Counted from the stretch's first letter, positions 34,432-45,265 are shown. The stretch: 64,000 nucleotides of DNA from an uncultured Gammaproteobacteria bacterium (GCA_964503955.1 CAZDCG010000003.1:626-64625); one strand, 5' to 3'. Notes: generated by a model not told the origin, from the sequence alone. Translations and numbers: made by a program.

Positions 34432-36120
34432 ATGCTTGTCAACCGTCCATCACTTCAGGAATTTGCTTTGCAGCAGAAACTGCTCACGGCCAAAGAACTT
34501 GAGCAGGTAAATGAGTTTGCGCGCAAAGAAAAGGTTTCCTTTGAAGAAGCCTTGCGCCTGCGCGCGAAATGGAAGGAGAAAGAAGTGTCTCAACTGCTCG
34601 CGGATTACTGGGAAGTCCCGCCTGTCAATCTTTCATCGCAAAAAATCCAACAGGAAACCCTGCAGCTGCTTCCCCCGCTGCTGGCCAGAACCCAGAAAGT
34701 CATTCCCTTTCGAAAAGATCAAAAGGGCATCCATGTCGCCATGGCAAATCCTTCCAATCTCGAGGTACGCCGCCAATTGGAAAAGAAATTCGATGAAAAC
34801 GTCCTGTTTTACTACACGCCCGCATCGGAAATGGAAGATGTGCTGCGCCTGTACGATACCACGCTCAGCCAGGCGCTTGATGAAATCATTGCCCAGGATA
34901 TCAGCAAGCTGCATAGCGTTGACGAAGATAATATCGAACTTCCGATTATCAGGATCACAGATGCGATCTTAAGTTACGCCGCCAGCAATAATGCATCGGA
35001 TATCCATATCGAGCCACTGGAAAACTATGTTCAGGTGCGCTACCGCATCGACGGCATGCTGCATGATGTCGTGCAATTGCCAAAACTGATCCTTGGGCCT
35101 GTCGTGACCCGCATCAAGATTCTGTCAAAACTCCGCATCGATGAACATTTTTCCGCGCAGGACGGACGATTTGATTATGTCTTTCAGGACAATAAAGTTG
35201 ATGCGCGCGTTTCCATTGTTCCAATCACGGAAGGGGAAAAGGTCGTCATCCGTTTGTTTACGGACAGGTCAAGGCGCCTGAGCCTGGAGGATCTTGGCAT
35301 GTCTGAAAAGGATTTGCGCACATTGAGAGCGGCGCTCAAAAAACCCTACGGGATGATTCTTTCCTCCGGTCCGACCGGATCCGGTAAAACAACAACCATG
35401 TATGCCATCATGCAAATGGTTAATAGCAGAGAAATCAATATTTCCACCATTGAAGATCCGGTGGAATACGATTTGCCAGGCGTAAATCAGATTCAGGTAA
35501 ATGAACGCACAAACCTGACATTTGCCCGCGGGTTGCGCTCCATTCTGCGCCAGGATCCGGACATTATCATGGTCGGAGAAATCCGCGATGAAGACGCCGC
35601 CGGCATTGCGGTGAATGCCGCGATGACCGGGCATCTTGTCTTGTCCACCTTGCATGCGAACAATGCGGCAACCACGATTCCGCGATTATTGGATTTGAAA
35701 ATAAAACCTTTTTTGCTGGCATCTTCTTTGAACTTAATCATTTCACAACGCCTTGTGCGCCGTATTTGCGCGCGCTGTAAAGTCACGTTAAGATTGGATA
35801 AGCAAACGCTGGCACAGCTTGATGCCCAGCTTCCTTCAACGGATTTGCAGGCGCATGTGCGGCACAAGAACCTGAAATTTTTCAAAGGAGACGGATGCAC
35901 GGTTTGCGCGCAAACAGGCTATCTTGGGCGTATCGGTATTTATGAAATGTACGAAGTAGACGAAGATATGCGCGAACTGATCATGGCCGGCGCGAGCGCG
36001 AAGGAAATAGAAGACGCGGCCGTGAAAAAAGGCATGACAACCATGCTTCAAGACGGATTGCAAAAAGTCGCCAATGGCGTAACGACCATTGAAGAAATCG
36101 TCCGGGTGATGTCCATCTAA
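34432..36120 (+). CDS. pilB: Type IV pilus assembly ATPase PilB/GspE family
   Basis: Walker A GPTGSGKTTT, Asp/His boxes and a C-terminal tetracysteine (CARC...CTVC). The ORF-track 5' extension from 33895 was rejected because it overlaps the Ku gene. Confidence 0.85.
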   Translation: MLVNRPSLQEFALQQKLLTAKELEQVNEFARKEKVSFEEALRLRAKWKEKEVSQLLADYWEVPPVNLSSQKIQQETLQLLPPLLARTQKVIPFRKDQKGIHVAMANPSNLEVRRQLEKKFDENVLFYYTPASEMEDVLRLYDTTLSQALDEIIAQDISKLHSVDEDNIELPIIRITDAILSYAASNNASDIHIEPLENYVQVRYRIDGMLHDVVQLPKLILGPVVTRIKILSKLRIDEHFSAQDGRFDYVFQDNKVDARVSIVPITEGEKVVIRLFTDRSRRLSLEDLGMSEKDLRTLRAALKKPYGMILSSGPTGSGKTTTMYAIMQMVNSREINISTIEDPVEYDLPGVNQIQVNERTNLTFARGLRSILRQDPDIIMVGEIRDEDAAGIAVNAAMTGHLVLSTLHANNAATTIPRLLDLKIKPFLLASSLNLIISQRLVRRICARCKVTLRLDKQTLAQLDAQLPSTDLQAHVRHKNLKFFKGDGCTVCAQTGYLGRIGIYEMYEVDEDMRELIMAGASAKEIEDAAVKKGMTTMLQDGLQKVANGVTTIEEIVRVMSI

Positions 36121-36209
36121 ATAGGTGCGAGTTTCTCGTTGACGGGTTGCGGGGAATACCCAAAGCTCGTAACGCATAACTCGTCATCCGCAACCCTAAA
36201 CCCAAACAA

Positions 36210-37427
36210 ATGCGTTACCGTTTTACCGCTCATACGAGCAAAGGCGAGCCGATCACGGCCAGCATCGAAGCCAGGAACAAGGAGGAAGCAACCGGCAGGC
36301 TGGTGAACAAAGGCTATGTGGTCGATTCGCTTCAAGCTGACTGGTTTCATACGATTTCACGGCTGAATATCGGGAGAGCCGGGGCTGTTTCTTTGCGCGA
36401 AAAGCTGATTTTCACACGCAACCTTGCGCTCATGATCCGCGCAGGTATTACGATTGATTCAGCGCTTTCCATTTTGTCCCAGCAGGCGGCCGGCCCGGTT
36501 TTACGGCGACTTCTGACCCGCATTCAGGAAGAAGTGGAGTCAGGCAATACCTTTTCTGAAGCCATGGCCGGCTATCCGCGCGTATTTGACGAATTGTATG
36601 TCAATATCATTGCCGCGTCGGAAAAATCCGGAACGCTGGCGGAAAGCCTTGAACATCTCGCCTGGCAGATCAAACGGCAGAATGATCTAAAATCAAAAAT
36701 CCAGGCGGCATTGTTTTATCCTCTCATCGTGATTGTTTCCACCATGGCCGTAGGGCTTGCCTTGTCTATTTTTGTTTTGCCAAAGATTACAAGCCTCTTT
36801 GTTACGTTTGATACCCAGCTTCCACTGACAACGCGTATTGTCGTCAAGTTGGCCGACCTGATGCAAAATAACAAATTGCTGGTCGTTGTGCTTCTCGCCG
36901 GCATGTTGGCGTTTTTCTACGCATTGGTAAAAATCAAATATTTGCGGCCGCTCTGGCATCGTTTGTTTTTGCGTTTGCCCGGCATTGGAAAAATCATGCG
37001 AGATTTTAACCTGGCCTTGTTTACAAGAACGCTTGGCACCTTGCTTGTCAGCGGTGTTCCCGTTAATCAGGCGCTTGAAATCACTTCAAAAACATTGAGA
37101 AATATCCGTTACCGCCAGGCGCTGGCGGAGATGGTGGTAAAGCAGCAATCAGGCACGAGCATGGGCTTGCTGCTCTCCGAACGGGAAGATCTTTTTCCTC
37201 CTATTGTGCATCGCATGATCCAGGTGGGGGAGGAAAGCGGAAACCTGGATGAATCGCTTTCTTTTCTGGCGGATTTTCATGAAGAAGAGCTTGATTATGC
37301 CACAAAGAATATTTCAACCATTATCGAGCCGGTTCTGCTGATTCTTGTCGGCATCATGGTCGCAGTTCTGGCGCTGGCTATTATCACTCCTATTTACCAG
37401 ATCACAGGCAGTTTCCAGCCGCGCTAA
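36210..37427 (+). CDS. pilC: Type IV pilus inner-membrane platform protein PilC/GspF family
   Basis: Two GspF repeats and three TM segments. Confidence 0.85.
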   Translation: MRYRFTAHTSKGEPITASIEARNKEEATGRLVNKGYVVDSLQADWFHTISRLNIGRAGAVSLREKLIFTRNLALMIRAGITIDSALSILSQQAAGPVLRRLLTRIQEEVESGNTFSEAMAGYPRVFDELYVNIIAASEKSGTLAESLEHLAWQIKRQNDLKSKIQAALFYPLIVIVSTMAVGLALSIFVLPKITSLFVTFDTQLPLTTRIVVKLADLMQNNKLLVVVLLAGMLAFFYALVKIKYLRPLWHRLFLRLPGIGKIMRDFNLALFTRTLGTLLVSGVPVNQALEITSKTLRNIRYRQALAEMVVKQQSGTSMGLLLSEREDLFPPIVHRMIQVGEESGNLDESLSFLADFHEEELDYATKNISTIIEPVLLILVGIMVAVLALAIITPIYQITGSFQPR

Positions 37428-37428
37428 T

Positions 37429-37884
37429 ATGGTAAAACGCTTGGGATTTACGATCATCGAGCTTATCGTGACCCTTGTCATCATGGGGTTGATCACTCTG
37501 GCGGTCTATCCTTTTCTGCAATCCGCCATCGGCCGCTCGGAATTGAAACGCTCTACCTGGGAAGTGGCCGATACCATCCGCCGCGCGCAAGTGCAATCCA
37601 TGGCCGGGCTGATGAATGATGTCTGGGGAGTGCGGATTGAAACAAACGGGTACACGCTTTTTAAAGGAAGCGTCTTTAATCCCGCTGAACCGGAAAATAT
37701 TTCGTTTGTGTTCTCAAGCCAGATCACGGTTTCATCGTTGAATCTCAACGGCGGTGTGTCTGATCTTCTCTTTGCTTCAACGGGAAGAACCGATGCGTAC
37801 GGAACAATTACTTTGCAAGATGCCAGTACCACGCTCACGTCAACCATTACCGTGACCGAGGCGGGAAAAATCACCCATGACTAA
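37429..37884 (+). CDS. Prepilin-type N-terminal cleavage/methylation domain pseudopilin
   Basis: MVKRLGFTIIELIVTLVIMGLI matches the class III signal G|FTIIE. Confidence 0.6.
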   Translation: MVKRLGFTIIELIVTLVIMGLITLAVYPFLQSAIGRSELKRSTWEVADTIRRAQVQSMAGLMNDVWGVRIETNGYTLFKGSVFNPAEPENISFVFSSQITVSSLNLNGGVSDLLFASTGRTDAYGTITLQDASTTLTSTITVTEAGKITHD

Positions 37885-40800
37885 ACGAATCACTCAATGC
37901 GGACAGGCTTTAGTCGAACTGCTCATCGCGGTCGGCTTATTTGCCTTGTTCGGTTTGGCCATCGCTGCTTTGGGATTTGAAGGGTTGATCGACGCGCAAG
38001 GCGGGGAACAGCGGTCACGCGCTTCCTTTTTGGCACAGGAAGGCATTGAAGCGGCTAAAAGCATCCGAGACCGCGGATGGCAGCATTTGGCCGTCGGCGC
38101 GCATGGGTTGGCCACCTCCAATGGCTATTGGGAATTTTCAGGAAGTTCTGAGACAATTGACGATCTCTATACCCGCACGATCCAGGTCAGCGAGGTGAAC
38201 CGTGACGAGGGAGAAATTGTTCTGGTTGGGGGAGAACTTGATCCGCGCATGAGGCTGGTTGTTTCCACTGTGGCGTGGAATCCTGTATTCGGTCCGGAGC
38301 AAACATTAGAAATCCAAACATATCTGAGCGACTGGAATGTGTATGACTGGTTTGAAACAACGGACGATGAGTTTGATGAGGGGGAGGCCGTCGATACGGT
38401 TGTGGCTGGTTCAGGCGATGAGGCCCTTGTGGAGCTTGCAGCAGGAAGCGGAGGAGGGGGAGGAAGCGGAGAAGCAGAATGGGTTGAAGGCGGAGGACCG
38501 TATCTGACCGATACCACGGATACTGATTTTGCGCAGGGAACATTGTCTCAGACGGTGGTATCCGGAACCGGGGTAAATGGAAGAGTCCTGCTTGACACCG
38601 AAGAAAAATGGGATTTGTTCAACTTTGCTTTTGGCACTATTGACATGGAATATGCTGCCGAGCACTGGGCGGCGGGAGCAGGCGGTGCGCTATTTGAATG
38701 GACCGGGTCTGCCTGGGTACAGGCTGATTCCCCGGTCACGGAGGATTTGTACTATGTGCATGAGGTGGACGACGATGAAGTCTATGTTGTGGGCGAAAAT
38801 GGCACGGCCATCCGTTATAACGGACAGATATGGGAAAACATTGAAACACCCACGTCGGAACATCTCAATTCCGTCGCCATGTTTTCAACGGATGATGGAA
38901 TTGCAGTGGGGGACGGGGGAACGATTCTGCGCTGGAATGGCAGCGTCTGGACGGTATTGCCATCGCCTACCACAAGAGATTTAAATGACATTACATTATT
39001 CAGCAATTCCTTTGGTGTCATTGTCGGCGATAATGGAACAATTCTTCACTGGGATGGCACCGCCTGGAATAGCGTCACATCTCCAACGCCGCAGACTCTG
39101 TACGGAGTGGAATTGTTTTCCGCTATTGATGGTTTTGCCGTTGGCAATTCAGGGACCATTCTGCGCTGGAACGGCACGAACTGGCTGACCTTTTCTTCGC
39201 CGATTAACAGACGGCTTGATTCGGTATCATTCAGCTCGCCTACACGCGGATTTACCGTGGGGGACGGGGGAGTGAATTTGCTGTGGGATGGCAATGCCTG
39301 GACAGAATTTTTATCGCCAACCAATAAGTTTCTGCAGAGCGTATTTATGATTTCCGCTTCCAATGGCTGGGCGGTCGGCCAAGACGGAACTGTCATCCGT
39401 TGGAACGGAACGCAATGGATTCCATATATTCAGGATACAGGGGAAAATTACACGGCGGTTGATCTGGTCTCCGCGACCGACGCATTTGCCGTTGGGCAAT
39501 CCCTTGGGAAAGGCATCATCAGGCATTGGGATGGGGATACCTGGACATCTCAGAGTTCTCCAGTGAATAAGGCGCTTTACGGCGTCGATATGGTCGCATC
39601 AAATGACGTTTGGGCAGTCGGAAATAACGCGGCCATAATCTTCTATGACGGAAATTCCTGGTCTGAAGTCAACTCGCCGGTAAATTCCTCCTTTTATGAC
39701 GTGTCCATGGTCAGCGCGATTGACGGGTTTATTGTTGGCAGCGGCAAAGCAATTCTGCGCTGGAACGGTTCTGTCTGGTCGTCAGTCAGTTCGCCAGGAT
39801 CGAATGTGAATTACAATTCGATCGACATGCTTTCCGCAATCGATGGGTTTATCGCCGGAGAAAAAAGCACCATTCTCAGATGGAATGGCACTCAGTGGAC
39901 GCTGATGTCAGCACCCGCCACCAATAAAAATCTGAACGGGGTAGACGCTCTGTCGGCGAATGAAGCCTGGATCGTGGGGGATGCGGGATTGATCTGGCGA
40001 TGGGATGGGAGTGCGTGGTCATCCGTTACCTCGCCCACGGCCAAAGATTTGCTTGATGTATCATTTGTCTCTTCTTCCCTGGGGTACGCTTCAGGAGAGG
40101 ACGGAACATTGTTGAAATGGGATGGACTGTCATGGTCAATTGTCAATTCAGGAACGAGCGAAGATTTGCCTGGGCTTTCCATTCTTGATGCGAATACCGG
40201 CTGGGGAGTAGCAAATGGAGGTACCTTCATCCGATTAGGGCTTTTCTATAAAACGGCGGGAACCTTTGTCTCCCGCGTCTTTGACAGCGGCGATCCGTCC
40301 ACCTTTTGGAGCTTTATCCGCTGGTCGGAAAATTCCTATTCGGTCGCCTCGCTGAGCATTGCAACAAGATCTGGCAATACGCCTGTACCGGATGGATCCT
40401 GGTCGGCCTGGAGTTCGGAGCTGTCCGATCACCTTGGCGATCAAATCCCATCGCCAGACGGGCGATACCTGCAATATCGAGCAACATTTTCCACAAGCGC
40501 GCTTTACATTTCCGCTGAGCTGCTCGATGTAACGATCACCTATAATGATCCGGCTATTCCTTACGATTTGCATGATATTGACATGGTTTCTGCGAGCGAA
40601 GGCTGGGCGGTTGGCGATAATGCGACCATGTTGTATCTGGACGGCGATACATGGGAAGACGTGAGCGTGCCTTCTACTGCGCATTTATACGGCATCGATA
40701 TGGTCAGTGCATCGGAAGGCTGGGCCGTTGGCGCATCAGGCAATCTGCTTCGCTATGCCGGCAATGTTTGGACATCGATTGGCTCGCCAACAACCGAGCA

Positions 40801-41677
40801 TCTGTACGATGTCTTCATGCTTTCCTCATCCCAGGGCTGGGCTGTAGGAGCCGGGGGTACCATTTTGGAATATGACGGCGTTTCCTGGTCTGCTATCCCT
40901 TCGCCGACGGCAGATACCTTGTACGGTGTTTATCTCGTCGACGCGAATGAAGGCTGGGCCGTAGGAGCCGGCGGTGTTATCATCTTGTGGAATGGCACAT
41001 CCTGGTCAACCGCTTCATCTCCTGTTTTGGAAGATTTATACGCGATTTCCATGGTGAGCTCCGATGAAGGCTGGGCAGTTGGAGGTTCGGGCAAAATTCT
41101 TCGTTACCTCGGGGCCGGCTGGACCGAATTTGCCGACGCGGGATCAAATGCGCTGCGGGACATAGACATGGAATCATCAACGCAAGGGCGGGTTGTCATG
41201 GATGGAGGAAGAATTCTGCGCTGGGATACCGTCACCTGGGTGCTTGATCCATCGCCGGTGACAACTGATCTGAACGCGGTTGCTTTAGCATCTGAAGATG
41301 AAGGCTGGATCATGGGTGATGGCGGAGTTATTCTTCATTTCACCATTGTCGGCGGTGTCGGGGACGGTGCGTATGTTTCGGAAGGAGAATTTCTCTCGCA
41401 TGTATTTGATTCGGATAATGCAAACACGCAATGGGAAAGGATTTACTGGCGCGAGATTCTGCCTGAAGGCACACAGGCTACGCTTGCGGTGAGAGTGGGA
41501 GATACGGCGGTACCGGACGGCACCTGGAGTGCTTTTACATCCGAATTTGATAATCCTGTTTCCATCAATTTGATCAACCTGCAGGGTAGATACGCTCAAT
41601 ACCGCATTACGCTCAGCACGACAAATACGGATTTCACTCCCCAGGTGGAGGATGTTCTGTTAACCTATAAGCCATGA
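37877..41677 (+). CDS. Giant pilin-like protein: prepilin-like N-terminus fused to ~25 beta-propeller blade repeats
   Basis: N-terminal QALVELLIAVGLFAL helix. A ~45-aa blade repeat (ILRWNGSVWT..SPT..L..V.....G.AVGD.GT) recurs throughout 1266 aa. DNA-level tandem repeats across ~40560-41100. Confidence 0.6.
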   Translation: MTKRITQCGQALVELLIAVGLFALFGLAIAALGFEGLIDAQGGEQRSRASFLAQEGIEAAKSIRDRGWQHLAVGAHGLATSNGYWEFSGSSETIDDLYTRTIQVSEVNRDEGEIVLVGGELDPRMRLVVSTVAWNPVFGPEQTLEIQTYLSDWNVYDWFETTDDEFDEGEAVDTVVAGSGDEALVELAAGSGGGGGSGEAEWVEGGGPYLTDTTDTDFAQGTLSQTVVSGTGVNGRVLLDTEEKWDLFNFAFGTIDMEYAAEHWAAGAGGALFEWTGSAWVQADSPVTEDLYYVHEVDDDEVYVVGENGTAIRYNGQIWENIETPTSEHLNSVAMFSTDDGIAVGDGGTILRWNGSVWTVLPSPTTRDLNDITLFSNSFGVIVGDNGTILHWDGTAWNSVTSPTPQTLYGVELFSAIDGFAVGNSGTILRWNGTNWLTFSSPINRRLDSVSFSSPTRGFTVGDGGVNLLWDGNAWTEFLSPTNKFLQSVFMISASNGWAVGQDGTVIRWNGTQWIPYIQDTGENYTAVDLVSATDAFAVGQSLGKGIIRHWDGDTWTSQSSPVNKALYGVDMVASNDVWAVGNNAAIIFYDGNSWSEVNSPVNSSFYDVSMVSAIDGFIVGSGKAILRWNGSVWSSVSSPGSNVNYNSIDMLSAIDGFIAGEKSTILRWNGTQWTLMSAPATNKNLNGVDALSANEAWIVGDAGLIWRWDGSAWSSVTSPTAKDLLDVSFVSSSLGYASGEDGTLLKWDGLSWSIVNSGTSEDLPGLSILDANTGWGVANGGTFIRLGLFYKTAGTFVSRVFDSGDPSTFWSFIRWSENSYSVASLSIATRSGNTPVPDGSWSAWSSELSDHLGDQIPSPDGRYLQYRATFSTSALYISAELLDVTITYNDPAIPYDLHDIDMVSASEGWAVGDNATMLYLDGDTWEDVSVPSTAHLYGIDMVSASEGWAVGASGNLLRYAGNVWTSIGSPTTEHLYDVFMLSSSQGWAVGAGGTILEYDGVSWSAIPSPTADTLYGVYLVDANEGWAVGAGGVIILWNGTSWSTASSPVLEDLYAISMVSSDEGWAVGGSGKILRYLGAGWTEFADAGSNALRDIDMESSTQGRVVMDGGRILRWDTVTWVLDPSPVTTDLNAVALASEDEGWIMGDGGVILHFTIVGGVGDGAYVSEGEFLSHVFDSDNANTQWERIYWREILPEGTQATLAVRVGDTAVPDGTWSAFTSEFDNPVSINLINLQGRYAQYRITLSTTNTDFTPQVEDVLLTYKP

Positions 41678-42201
41678 CCGCATCACGCGCGCAATCCGGA
41701 TTTTCCCTGATCGAGTTGATCATTTACGTCGCACTGGTAAGTATCATCGTGACGGGATTTGTCAGTTTCGCGATTGATTTAGCAGCTTCATCGCAAAAAG
41801 CAAAGGTGCAGCTGCAGGTGCAGCAAAACGCGCGCTTTGCCATGGAAACGATCTTGCGGGAAATCAGGCAAGCGCAAGGTTTAGACGAGCTCAATTCCAC
41901 CTTTGGCGCGCATCCCGGCGCCATAACGCTTGAACAGGCTGATCCTCTGAACGATCCGACTGTCATAGACGTGGAAAATGGTATACTGAGAATCATGCGA
42001 GGTGCTCAAGGTACGGAGGAAATCACCGACGAATCGCTTGAGATTACAGATCTTGTCTTTGAAAATCTCAGCACCCCCGGCCGCGTGCAAGTTCTCCGTG
42101 TCGCATTGACCTTGCGGCATGCAAATCCGGATCAGTCTGAAATTTTTGAGGCTGACTCCACGCTTTATGGAACAGCTGTTATCCGTACTCAGCAAGAATA
42201 A
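41674..42201 (+). CDS. Prepilin-type pseudopilin
   Basis: GFSLIELIIYVALVSIIV. Confidence 0.6.
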   Translation: MTASRAQSGFSLIELIIYVALVSIIVTGFVSFAIDLAASSQKAKVQLQVQQNARFAMETILREIRQAQGLDELNSTFGAHPGAITLEQADPLNDPTVIDVENGILRIMRGAQGTEEITDESLEITDLVFENLSTPGRVQVLRVALTLRHANPDQSEIFEADSTLYGTAVIRTQQE

Positions 42202-42586
42202 GCCCGCGGGGTATCTCGGCGTCGTTTCGGTATTGATTATCGCGATCATCTCGCTTGCCGTCGTGATCGGCGTTACGATTTTAGGCAATAATGAATTGTT
42301 CTACGGCTACCAGTTTGATCAGTCAAACCAGGCCCTGCAGCTGGCGGATGCTTGCGCGGAGGAAGCGTATCTTCGTTTGAAGTTGGATGCCTCATACACC
42401 GGAGGAGCGCTTTCCTTTACAAACGGGGAATGCGAAGTGTCGGTCATGGGTATTGGCACCAGCCGGACGCTTACCGCTGAGGCGGTTGTGGGCGCGGCAA
42501 CAAGGACGCTTGAATTGGAGGTTGATTTACTCGCTAATGCAGACGCGACGGCTGAGGGCATTGATCTTACGCAGTGGAAAGAATAA
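42167..42586 (+). CDS. Pilus-associated membrane-anchored protein (minor-pilin/PilN-like), start uncertain
   Basis: TM LGVVSVLIIAIISLAVVIGV. Overlaps the upstream gene by 35 nt if the ATG at 42167 is used. Confidence 0.3.
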   Translation: MEQLLSVLSKNKPAGYLGVVSVLIIAIISLAVVIGVTILGNNELFYGYQFDQSNQALQLADACAEEAYLRLKLDASYTGGALSFTNGECEVSVMGIGTSRTLTAEAVVGAATRTLELEVDLLANADATAEGIDLTQWKE

Positions 42587-43710
42587 GTATGAAATGGATT
42601 CATGTATTTTCGAAACGAAAGGGATATATCGGTCTGCATATCACATCCGATATGCTTACGGCTGTCCAGCTGATCGGCAAACCATCCGGCAATGAATATG
42701 CCATTGCGGGGTGGTCCAAAGTTCCGCTTCACCGCGACACCATTGTTTCAGGCAAGCTCGCCGACAGCGATGCCTTGGTAGAAGCGTTGCGCCGGTTCAG
42801 AGAAAAACCGGATTTCGGATCCTTTACAAATGCGCCGGTGATTTTTTCTTTTCCCGAACACCAGTGTTTCCATACGACGTTTCAGATGAAAAAGGCTGAA
42901 GTCAAATCGCCAAGAGCGTCCGCGCTTGAAAAAACAACCTTGTCAGTGCCGTTCGCCGCAGATGATCTCTTCTGGGATTGGACCATTGTCCGGCAGAATC
43001 AATCGTTCAGTTCTTTTTACTCGATCGCTATTCCCCGCGATGTATTGATGCCGTACCGTGCCGCGTTTGCAAAAGCGCAAATCGATGTGAAAGTTGTCGA
43101 GCCCGAAATACTTTCTTCAACAAGATTCTATTTCCGTCGTTCCGTTTTCCCCGAACCTGTTTTATACGCGACCATTGGCCGGGAAGAAGTGGCTGTTGCC
43201 ACGCTCGATGAAAACGGCATTCACCAATCATCCGTTATTGAAGATGAAGGGATCGACCACTGGGCCGGCAGGATTGCCGCTGATCTGGGCGTGAAGCAAG
43301 AAGCCGCGGAAAAAGCATTGTTCAAAGCGGGGGTGCGGCCGCTCAGCCACCCTAAAGCCAAGCCGATTCAGAAATGCCTGTCTGCGGCGCAAAAGCGCAT
43401 CTTGCAGGAATTTGTGGAACACAAAGAATTTTATGATCAGCTTGCTCATGAGCAGAAAAAACAAATCACGAGAATTCTGTTGAACGGAGAAGGTGTCTTT
43501 ATTCCTGAATTTATCCAGTCTTTGCAAAAGCAATCGGGAATGCATCTGGTTCAGCTCACGCCCTGGGCAAAGTACAAACCTGAGCTGACGCTGGTGCAGG
43601 AAGGGGTAATGTCTCAGGCATTCGGCGCGGCAATAAGAGGCATTTATCGCGAGAATGCGTCAAAAGGCATTAATGTGCTTCGTTCCGCTCTGCCGATTGA
43701 ACCGGTCTAG
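42574..43710 (+). CDS. PilM-like actin-fold pilus assembly protein
   Basis: N-terminal IGLHITSDMLTAVQL and C-terminal ILLNGEGVFIPEFIQSLQKQSGMHL resemble PilM/FtsA. Confidence 0.5.
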   Translation: MERISMKWIHVFSKRKGYIGLHITSDMLTAVQLIGKPSGNEYAIAGWSKVPLHRDTIVSGKLADSDALVEALRRFREKPDFGSFTNAPVIFSFPEHQCFHTTFQMKKAEVKSPRASALEKTTLSVPFAADDLFWDWTIVRQNQSFSSFYSIAIPRDVLMPYRAAFAKAQIDVKVVEPEILSSTRFYFRRSVFPEPVLYATIGREEVAVATLDENGIHQSSVIEDEGIDHWAGRIAADLGVKQEAAEKALFKAGVRPLSHPKAKPIQKCLSAAQKRILQEFVEHKEFYDQLAHEQKKQITRILLNGEGVFIPEFIQSLQKQSGMHLVQLTPWAKYKPELTLVQEGVMSQAFGAAIRGIYRENASKGINVLRSALPIEPV

Positions 43711-43767
43711 TCCACAGGTTGGGTTGCCGTTCATTTCGTGATTTTGGTATACTTAGGCACAAGGATT

Positions 43768-44241
43768 ATGCAAAATAGCCGAAAAGGATTTACGCTCATT
43801 GAACTGCTGGTTGTCATCGTCATTATTGGCTTGCTTGCATCCATTGTCTTTGTCGCCATTGATCCTGCGCAGCGATTTGCCGATGTGCGCGACGCGAGGA
43901 GAAGGGCGGAAACGGTTTCGCTGTTGAATGCGATTCTGAAATATCAGATTGACCATGACGGCGACTTGCCGGCCGGGATCGATTCCGATCCGGGTACGGC
44001 GCAGGTGCTGGGGACCGCACCTTCCGGCTGCGACGCCTCATGCACGGCCATTGCGACCGAAGAAGCTTGTCTTGATGTAACCGCGGCTCTGGTTGATGAA
44101 TACCTTGCTTCTATTCCAATGGATCCAGATACAGGCACGGTCACAAATACGGATTATTATGTGAATCGTTCCGCGACCGGGCGCATCACGATAGGAGCTT
44201 GTGATCCTGAAAGCGCGCCGCAAATCAGCATTTCCCGATAA
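43768..44241 (+). CDS. Type IV major pilin paralog 1
   Basis: KGFTLIELLVVIVIIGLLA prepilin signal. Conserved N-terminal ~80 aa, variable Cys-containing C-terminus. Confidence 0.8.
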   Translation: MQNSRKGFTLIELLVVIVIIGLLASIVFVAIDPAQRFADVRDARRRAETVSLLNAILKYQIDHDGDLPAGIDSDPGTAQVLGTAPSGCDASCTAIATEEACLDVTAALVDEYLASIPMDPDTGTVTNTDYYVNRSATGRITIGACDPESAPQISISR

Positions 44242-44264
44242 CTAAACGTCCTAATCTTATTCCT

Positions 44265-44756
44265 ATGCATGACAAAAAACAAAAAGGGTTCACCCTCATT
44301 GAACTTCTGGTGGTGATCGTCATCATCGGTCTTTTGGCCGCAATCATTTTCGTGGCGGTTGACCCGGCTCAGCGATTCGGTGACGCGCGAGACGCGCGGC
44401 GCCGCGCGGAAGTGGTCTCTATTTTGAATGCGGTATTGAAGTACCAGGTCGATCATGACGGTGACCTGCCGGCTGATATTGATGCGACACCTGGAACCTA
44501 TCAGATACTTGGAATAGATGCTTCGGGCTGCAGTGCGGCTTGTGGGGGCTTTCTTGCCGCCGCAGTGGAAGATGAGTGTCTTGATCTTACCGATGATCTT
44601 GTGACGACGGGAGGGTATCTGGCTTCCATTCCAATGGATCCGGATACCGGTGACGCGAATAATACGCGATATTATCTTAACCAGACAACAAACGGTCGTA
44701 TCACCGTTGGAGCGTGCGATCCTGAAAACGCTACGGCAATCAGTGTATCGCGTTAA
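44265..44756 (+). CDS. Type IV major pilin paralog 2
   Basis: Same N-terminal 80 aa as paralogs 1 and 3. Divergent C-terminal half. Confidence 0.8.
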   Translation: MHDKKQKGFTLIELLVVIVIIGLLAAIIFVAVDPAQRFGDARDARRRAEVVSILNAVLKYQVDHDGDLPADIDATPGTYQILGIDASGCSAACGGFLAAAVEDECLDLTDDLVTTGGYLASIPMDPDTGDANNTRYYLNQTTNGRITVGACDPENATAISVSR

Positions 44757-44768
44757 TCTTAGATCTCT

Positions 44769-45239
44769 ATGTACAAATCTGAACAAAAAGGTTTCACTCT
44801 CATCGAATTATTGGTTGTGATCGTCATTATCGGGCTTTTAGCTGCGATCATTTTCGTAGCGGTAGATCCGGCAAAACGTTTCGGAGATGCACGTGATGCA
44901 CGCCGCCGCGCGGAAGTGGTCTCTATTTTGAATGCGGTATTGAAACATCAGGTAGACCATGACGGCGATTTGCCGGCGGGAATCGATGCTACAGTGAGGC
45001 AGCTTGGTACCGGTTCTGCATGCGATACCTGTCCAAAAGGAGGTGCTACCCCAGCTACATGTTTGAATTTGGCAGGTGATTTAGTTGATGAATATCTCGC
45101 TTCGATTCCGATGGACCCTGACGCAGCTTTTGGTTCTGCAGCAGCAACTGGTTATTATATCCAACGTACCGCCAATGGACGCCTGACCGTCGGTTCGTGC
45201 AATACTGATAATGCAACCGCGATCAGCGTGTCTCGATAA
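44769..45239 (+). CDS. Type IV major pilin paralog 3
   Basis: Same N-terminal 80 aa. Divergent C-terminal half. Confidence 0.8.
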   Translation: MYKSEQKGFTLIELLVVIVIIGLLAAIIFVAVDPAKRFGDARDARRRAEVVSILNAVLKHQVDHDGDLPAGIDATVRQLGTGSACDTCPKGGATPATCLNLAGDLVDEYLASIPMDPDAAFGSAAATGYYIQRTANGRLTVGSCNTDNATAISVSR

Positions 45240-45265
45240 GACGCCAAACCACTTACAAACAAAAG

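Noticed and set aside
43768-45239. Tandem ~490-bp direct repeats as a possible CRISPR-like array
   Set aside because: They are protein-coding pilin paralogs with prepilin signals, not short repeat-spacer units. No CRISPR array is present in the window.
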